DNA from: Eledone cirrhosa
Taxonomy: Eukaryota
NCBI GenBank assembly: GCA_964016885.1
Contig: OZ024743.1
Coordinates: forward strand, 138,260,001 to 138,324,000
Direction of reading: 5' to 3'
DNA length: 64,000 bases
The translations under genes and the position numbers were made by a program. Positions 58,540 to 64,000 of the stretch are shown piece after piece (the stretch's first letter is position 1; the number at the start of each line of letters is the position of its first letter). The notes below the pieces were generated by a model that had not been told where the DNA came from, ran no database searches, and worked only from the letters and a program-made list of their open reading frames with translations.

Positions 58540-61500
58540 TTGGTGTTTGGTGCTTGGTACTTGGTGTCTGGAGCTTGGTGTTTGGTGTTTGGTGCTTGGT
58601 GTTTGGTGCTTGGTGCTTGGTGTTTGGTGTTTGGTGTTTGATGCTTGGTGTTTTATGCTTGGTGCTTGGTGTTTGGTGCTTGGTGTTTGTATTTGGTGCT
58701 TGGTGCTTGGTGTTTTGTGCTTGGTTCTTGGTGTTTGGTGTTTGGTGCTTGGTACTTGGTGCTCGGTGTTAGGTGTTTGGTGCTTGGTGCTTGGTGTTTG
58801 GTGTTTGGTCCTTGGTGCTTGGTCCTTGGTGTTTAGTGCTTGGTGCTTGGTGTTTGGTGTTTGGTGCTTGGTGCTTGGTGTTTGGTGTTTGGTGTTTGGT
58901 GCTTGGTGCTTGGTGTTTGGTGCTTGGTGCTGGGTGGTTGGTGTTTGGTGCTTGGTGCTTGGTGTTTCGTGCTAGGTGCATGGTGCTTGGTGTTTGGTGC
59001 TTGGTGCTTGGTGCTTCGTGTTTGGTGTTTGGTGCTTGGTGTCTGGAGCTTGGTGTTTGGTGTTTGGTGCTTGGTGTTTGGTGTTTGGTGCTTGGTGCTT
59101 GGTGTTTGGTGCTTGGTGCTTGGTGTTTGTACTTGGTGCTTGGTGCTTGGTGTTTGGTGCTTGGTTCTTGGTGTTTGGTGCTTGGTGTTTGGAGCTTGGT
59201 GCTTGGTGTTTGGTGCTTGGTGCTTGGTGTTTGTACTTGGTGCTTGGTGCTTGGTGTTTGGTGCTTGGTTCTTGGTGTTTGGTGCTTGGTGTTTGGAGCT
59301 TGGTGCTTGGTGTTTGGTGCTTGGTGCTTGGTGGTTGGTGTTTGGTGCTTGGTGCTTGGTGTTTGGTGTTTGGTGCTTGGTGTTTGGTGTTTGGTGCTTG
59401 GTGCTTGGTGTTTGTTGCTTGGTACTTGGTGCATGGTGTTTGGTGCTGGGTGCTTGGTGTTTTGTGCTTGGTTCTTGGTGTTTGGTGTTTGGTGCTTGGT
59501 ACTTGGTGTCTGGAGCTTGGTGTTTGGTGTTTGGTGCTTGGTGTTTGGTGCTTGGTGCTTGGTGTTTGGTGTTTGGTGTTTGATGCTTGGTGTTTTATGC
59601 TTGGTGCTTGGTGTTTGGTGCTTGGTGTTTGTATTTGGTGCTTGGTGCTTGGTGTTTTGTGCTTGGTTCTTGGTGTTTGGTGTTTGGTGCTTGGTACTTG
59701 GTGCTTGGTGTTAGGTGTTTGGTGCTTGGTGCTTGGTGTTTGGTGTTTGGTCCTTGGTGCTTGGTCCTTGGTGTTTAGTGCTTGGTGCTTGGTGTTTGTT
59801 GTTTGGTGCTTTCTGTTTGCTGCTTGGTGTTTGCTGCTTGGTGCTTGGTGCTTGGTGTTTGGTGTTTGGTGCTAGGTGCTTGGTGTTTGGTGTTTGGTGT
59901 TTGATGCTTGGTGTTTGGTGCTTGGTGTTTGGTGCTTGGTGCTTGGGGCTTGGTGTTTGGTGCTTGGTGCTTGGTGCTTGGTGTTTGGTGCTTGGTGCTT
60001 TGTGTTTGGTGTTTGGTGTTTGGTGCTTGGTGCTTGGTGTTTGGTGCTTGGTGCTTGGTGCTGGGTGGTTGGTATTTGGTGCTTGGTGCTTGGTGTTTGG
60101 TGCTTGGGGCTTGGTGCTTGGTGTTTGGTGCTTGGTGCTTGGTGCTTGTCTTTGGTGCTTGGTGTTTGGTGTTTGGTGCTTGGTGCTTTGTGTTTGGTGC
60201 TTGTTGATTAGTGTTTGGTGCTTGGTACTTGGTGTTTGGTGCTTGGTGTTTGGTGTTTGCTGTTTGGTGTTTGCTGTTTCGTGTTTGGTGTTTGCTGTTT
60301 GGTGTTTGGTGTTTGCTGTTTGGTGTTTGGTCTTTGGTGCTTGGTGTTTGGTGCTTGGTGCTTGGTGTTTGGTGTTTGGTGCTTGGTGCTTGGTGCTTGG
60401 TGTTTGGTGCTTGGTGCTTGGTGTTTGGTGTTTGGTGTTTGGTGCTTGGTGCTTGGTGTTTGGTGCTTGGTGCTGGGTGGTTGGTGTTTGGTGCTTGGTG
60501 CTTGGTGTTTCGTGCTAGGTGCATGGTGCTTGGTGTTTGGTGCTTGGTGCTTGGTGCTTGGTCTTTGGTGTTTGGTGGTTAGTGCTTGGTGCTTGGTGCT
60601 TGGTGCTTGGTGCTTGGTCCTTGGTGTTTGGTGCTTGGTGCTTGGTGTTTGGTGTTTGGTGCTTGGTGCTTGGTGCTTCGTGTTTGGTGTTTGGTGCTTG
60701 GTGTCTGGAGCTTGGTGTTTGGTGTTTGGTGCTTGGTGTTTGGTGTTTGGTGCTTGGTGCTTGGTGTTTGGTGCTTGGTGCTTGGTGTTTGTACTTGGTG
60801 CTTGGTGCTTGGTGTTTGGTGCTTGGTTCTTGGTGTTTGGTGCTTGGTGTTTGGAGCTTGGTGCTTGGTGTTTGGTGCTTGGTGCTTGGTGTTTGTACTT
60901 GGTGCTTGGTGCTTGGTGTTTGGTGCTTGGTTCTTGGTGTTTGGTGCTTGGTGTTTGGAGCTTGGTGCTTGGTGTTTGGTGCTTGGTGCTTGGTGTTTGT
61001 TGCTTGGTACTTGGTGCATGGTTTTTGGTGCTGGGTGCTTGGTGTTTTGTGCTTGGTTCTTGGTGTTTGGTGTTTGGTGCTTGGTACTTGGTGTCTGGAG
61101 CTTGGTGTTTGGTGTTTGGTGCTTGGTGTTTGGTGCTTGGTGCTTGGTGTTTGGTGTTTGGTGTTTGATGCTTGGTGTTTTATGCTTGGTGCTTGGTGTT
61201 TGGTGCTTGGTGTTTGTATTTGGTGCTTGGTGCTTGGTGTTTTGTGCTTGGTTCTTGGTGTTTGGTGTTTGGTGCTTGGTACTTGGTGCTTGGTGTTACG
61301 TGTTTGGTGCTTGGTGCTTGGTGTTTGGTGTTTGGTCCTTGGTGCTTGGTCCTTGGTGTTTAGTGCTTGGTGCTTGGTGTTTGTTGTTTGGTGCTTTCTG
61401 TTTGCTGCTTGGTGTTTGCTGCTTGGTGCTTGGTGCTTGGTGTTTGGTGTTTGGTGCTAGGTGCTTGGTGTTTGGTGTTTGGTGTTTGATGCTTGGTGTT

Positions 61501-63570
61501 TGGTGCTTGGTGTTTGGTGCTTGGTGCCTGGGGCTTGGTGTTTGGTGCTTGGTGCTTGGTGCTTGGTGTTTGGTGCTTGGTGCTTGGTGTTTGGTGTTTG
61601 GTGTTTGGTGCTTGGTGCTTGGTGTTTGGTGCTTGGTGCTTGGTGCTGGGTGGTTGCTATTTGGTGCTTGGTGCTTGGTGTTTGGTGCTTGGTGCTTGGT
61701 GCTTGGTGTTTGGTGCTTGGTGCTTGGTGCTTGGTCTTTGGTGCTTGGTGTTTGGTGTTTGGTGCTTGGTGCTTTGTGTTTGGTGCTTGGTGATTAGTGT
61801 TTGGTGCTTGGTACTTAGTGTTTGGTGCTTGGTGTTTGGTGTTTGCTGTTTGGTGTTTGGTGTTTGGTGTTTGCTGTTTGGTGTCTGCTTTTTGGTGTTT
61901 GGTGTTTGCTGTATGGTGTTTGCTGTTTCGTGTTTGGTGTTTGCTGTTTGGTGTTTGGTGTTTGCTGTTTGGTGTTTGGTCTTTGGTGCTTGGTGTTTGG
62001 TGCTTGGTGCTTGGTGTTTGGTGTTTGGTGCTTGGTACTTGGTGTCTGGAGCTTGGTGTTTGGTGTTTGGTGCTTGGTGTTTGGTGCTTGGTGCTTGGTG
62101 TTTGGTGTTTGGTGTTTGATGCTTGGTGTTTTATGCTTGGTGCTTGGTGTTTGGTGCTTGGTGTTTGTATTTGGTGCTTGGTGCTTGGTGTTTTGTGCTT
62201 GGTTCTTGGTGTTTGGTGTTTGGTGCTTGGTACTTGGTGCTTGGTGTTAGGTGTTTGGTGCTTGGTGCTTGGTGTTTGGTGTTTGGTCCTTGGTGCTTGG
62301 TCCTTGGTGTTTAGTGCTTGGTGCTTGGTGTTTGGTGTTTGGTGCTTGGTGCTTGGTGTTTGGTGTTTGGTGTTTGGTGCTTGGTGCTTGGTGTTTGGTG
62401 CTTGGTGCTGGGTGGTTGGTGTTTGGTGCTTGGTACTTGGTGTTTCGTGCTAGGTGCATGGTGCTTGGTGTTTGGTGCTTGGTGCTTGGTGCTTCGTGTT
62501 TGGTGTTTGGTGCTTGGTGTCTGGAGCTTGGTGTTTGGTGTTTGGTGCTTGGTGTTTGGTGTTTGGTGCTTGGTGCTTGGTGTTTGGTGCTTGGTGCTTG
62601 GTGTTTGTACTTGGTGCTTGGTGCTTGGTGTTTGGTGCTTGGTTCTTGGTGTTTGGTGCTTGGTGTTTGGAGCTTGGTGCTTGGTGTTTGGTGATTGGTG
62701 CTTGGTGTTTGTACTTGGTGCTTGGTGCTTGGTGTTTGGTGCTTGGTTCTTGGTGTTTGGTGCTTGGTGTTTGGAGCTTGGTGCTTGGTGTTTGGTGCTT
62801 GGTGCTTGGTGGTTGGTGTTTGGTGCTTGGTGCTTGGTGTTTGGTGTTTGGTGCTTGGTGTTTGGTGTTTGGTGCTTGGTGCTTGGTGTTTGTTGCTTGG
62901 TACTTGGTGCATGGTGTTTGGTGCTGGGTGCTTGGTGTTTTGTGCTTGGTTCTTGGTGTTTGGTGTTTGGTGCTTGGTACTTGGTGTCTGGAGCTTGGTG
63001 TTTGGTGTTTGGTGCTTGGTGTTTGGTGCTTGGTGCTTGGTGTTTGGTGTTTGGTGTTTGATGCTTGGTGTTTTATGCTTGGTACTTGGTGTTTGGTGCT
63101 TGGTGTTTGTATTTGGTGCTTGGTGCTTGGTGTTTTGTGCTTGGTTCTTGGTGTTTGGTGTTTGGTGCTTGGTACTTGGTGCTTGGTGTTAGGTGTTTGG
63201 TGCTTGGTGCTTGGTGTTTGGTTTTTGGTCCTTGGTGCTTGGTCCTTGGTGTTTAGTGCTTGGTGCTTGGTGTTTGTTGTTTGGTGCTTTCTGTTTGCTG
63301 CTTGGTGTTTGCTGCTTGGTGCTTGGTGCTTGGTGTTTGGTGTTTGGTGCTAGGTGCTTGGTGTTTGGTGTTTGGTGTTTGATGCTTGGTGTTTGGTGCT
63401 TGGTGTTTGGTGCTTGGTGCTTGGGGCTTGGTGTTTGGTGCTTGGTGCTTGGTGCTTGGTGTTTGGTGCTTGGTGCTTGGTGTTTGGTGTTTGGTGTTTG
63501 GTGCTTGGTGCTTGGTGTTTGGTGCTTGGTGCTTGGTGCTGGGTGGTTGATATTTGGTGCTTGGTGCTTG
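58540..63570 (+). repeat. Interleaved duplications at offsets 3478 (approx. 58540-60090 vs 62020-63570) and 2527 (approx. 57870-58850 vs 60400-61380)
   Basis: ORF-track pairs 58645/62123, 58976/62454, 59587/63065 and 59876/63354 (offset 3478). Pairs 57992/60519, 58052/60579 and 58645/61172 (offset 2527). Confidence 0.82.
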
Positions 63571-64000
63571 GTGTTTGGTGCTTGGTGCTTGGTGCTTGTC
63601 TTTGGTGCTTGGTGTTTGGTGTTTGGTGCTTGGTGCTTTGTGTTTGGTGCTTGTTGATTAGTGTTTGGTGCTTGGTACTTGGTGTTTGGTGCTTGGTGTT
63701 TGGTGTTTGCTGTTTGGTGTTTGCTGTTTGCTGTTTGCTGTTTGGTGTCTGCTTTTTGGTGTTTGGTGTTTGATGTATGGTGTTTGCTGTTTCGTGTTTG
63801 GTGTTTGCTGTTTGGTGTTTGGTGTTTGCTGTTTGGTGTTTGGTCTTTGGTGCTTGGTGTTTGGTGCTTGGTGCTTGGTGTTTGGTGTTTGGTGCTTGGT
63901 GCTTGGTGCTTGGTGTTTGGTGCTTGGTGCTTGGTGTTTGGTGTTTGGTGTTTGGTGCTTGGTGCTTGGTGTTTGGTGCTTGGTGCTGGGTGCTTGGTGT

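Larger units (their letters stand above)
1..64000 (+). repeat. Heptameric tandem satellite array (TTGGTGY)n, ~9,100 monomers, running off both ends of the window
   Basis: Every line parses into TTGGTGC/TTGGTGT units with scattered single-base variants (TTGCTGT, TTGGTAC, TTGGTTC, TAGGTGC, TTGATGC, TTGGAGC etc.) and a few 6-bp units. The orientation is the same throughout and no non-repeat sequence is seen. Confidence 0.99.

Noticed and set aside
2324-62912. Minus-strand ORFs encoding P(S/N)TKHQ(A/T) repeats resembling mucin or extensin-like proteins
   Set aside because: They contain no non-repetitive N- or C-terminus or signal peptide. Starts and stops coincide with recurrent satellite point variants. 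Not annotated as CDS.
3-63773. Hundreds of plus-strand ORFs encoding WCLV(F/L)G(A/V) repeats, up to 949 aa (34776-37625)
   Set aside because: They overlap in all three frames with the same peptide and mostly start at TTG/GTG supplied by the monomer. They have no unique domain. This is an arithmetic consequence of a stop-free 7-mer.
1-64000. CRISPR array (recurrent motifs separated by variable stretches)
   Set aside because: There are no unique spacers, no 23-50 bp constant repeat with regular spacing and no cas genes. The intervening DNA is the same heptamer.
1-64000. Freshly telomerase- or reverse-transcriptase-synthesised repeat tract
   Set aside because: De novo templated synthesis would not reproduce kilobase-long patterns of rare variants. 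These indicate DNA-level duplication. No RT or template gene is in the window. A recombination-maintained telomeric or subtelomeric location is not excluded.
1-64000. Pure sequencing or synthetic low-complexity artefact
   Set aside because: Consistent private variants at fixed offsets and nested divergence levels are hard to produce by base-calling noise. Individual near-identical duplications could still be assembly errors.
1-64000. Promoter, RBS or terminator-like motifs (TTATAT, GGAG, T-runs) and 21x7=147 bp nucleosome-length numerology
   Set aside because: The motifs are single-base variants of the monomer with no associated gene or hairpin. No 147-bp periodicity of variants was evident.

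Overview
The entire 64 kb window is one uninterrupted, single-orientation tandem array of a 7-bp monomer, TTGGTGY (TTGGTGC and TTGGTGT interspersed; minus strand RCACCAA), roughly 9,100 units (64,000/7). I see no unique sequence, gene, RNA gene, transposon, CRISPR array, gap or inversion. All listed ORFs are by-products of a stop-free 7-mer. Every plus frame gives (W-C-L-V-[F/L]-G-[A/V])n and every minus frame gives (P-[S/N]-T-K-H-Q-[A/T])n. The informative content is the array's internal architecture. Rare variant monomers and the C/T order of monomers are copied faithfully in nested higher-order blocks of 49, 104, 301, 1399, 1475, 2253, ~3.5k, ~4.9-5.2k and ~11/16 kb. There is also a recurring T-only TTGCTGT-rich sub-satellite island, and variants are confined to left, middle or right domains. 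The best interpretation is a heptameric satellite DNA (centromeric, pericentromeric or subtelomeric/telomere-like) evolving by unequal exchange or template switching. The organism and function cannot be determined from the sequence alone. Block boundaries were located by eye and are approximate to a few monomers.
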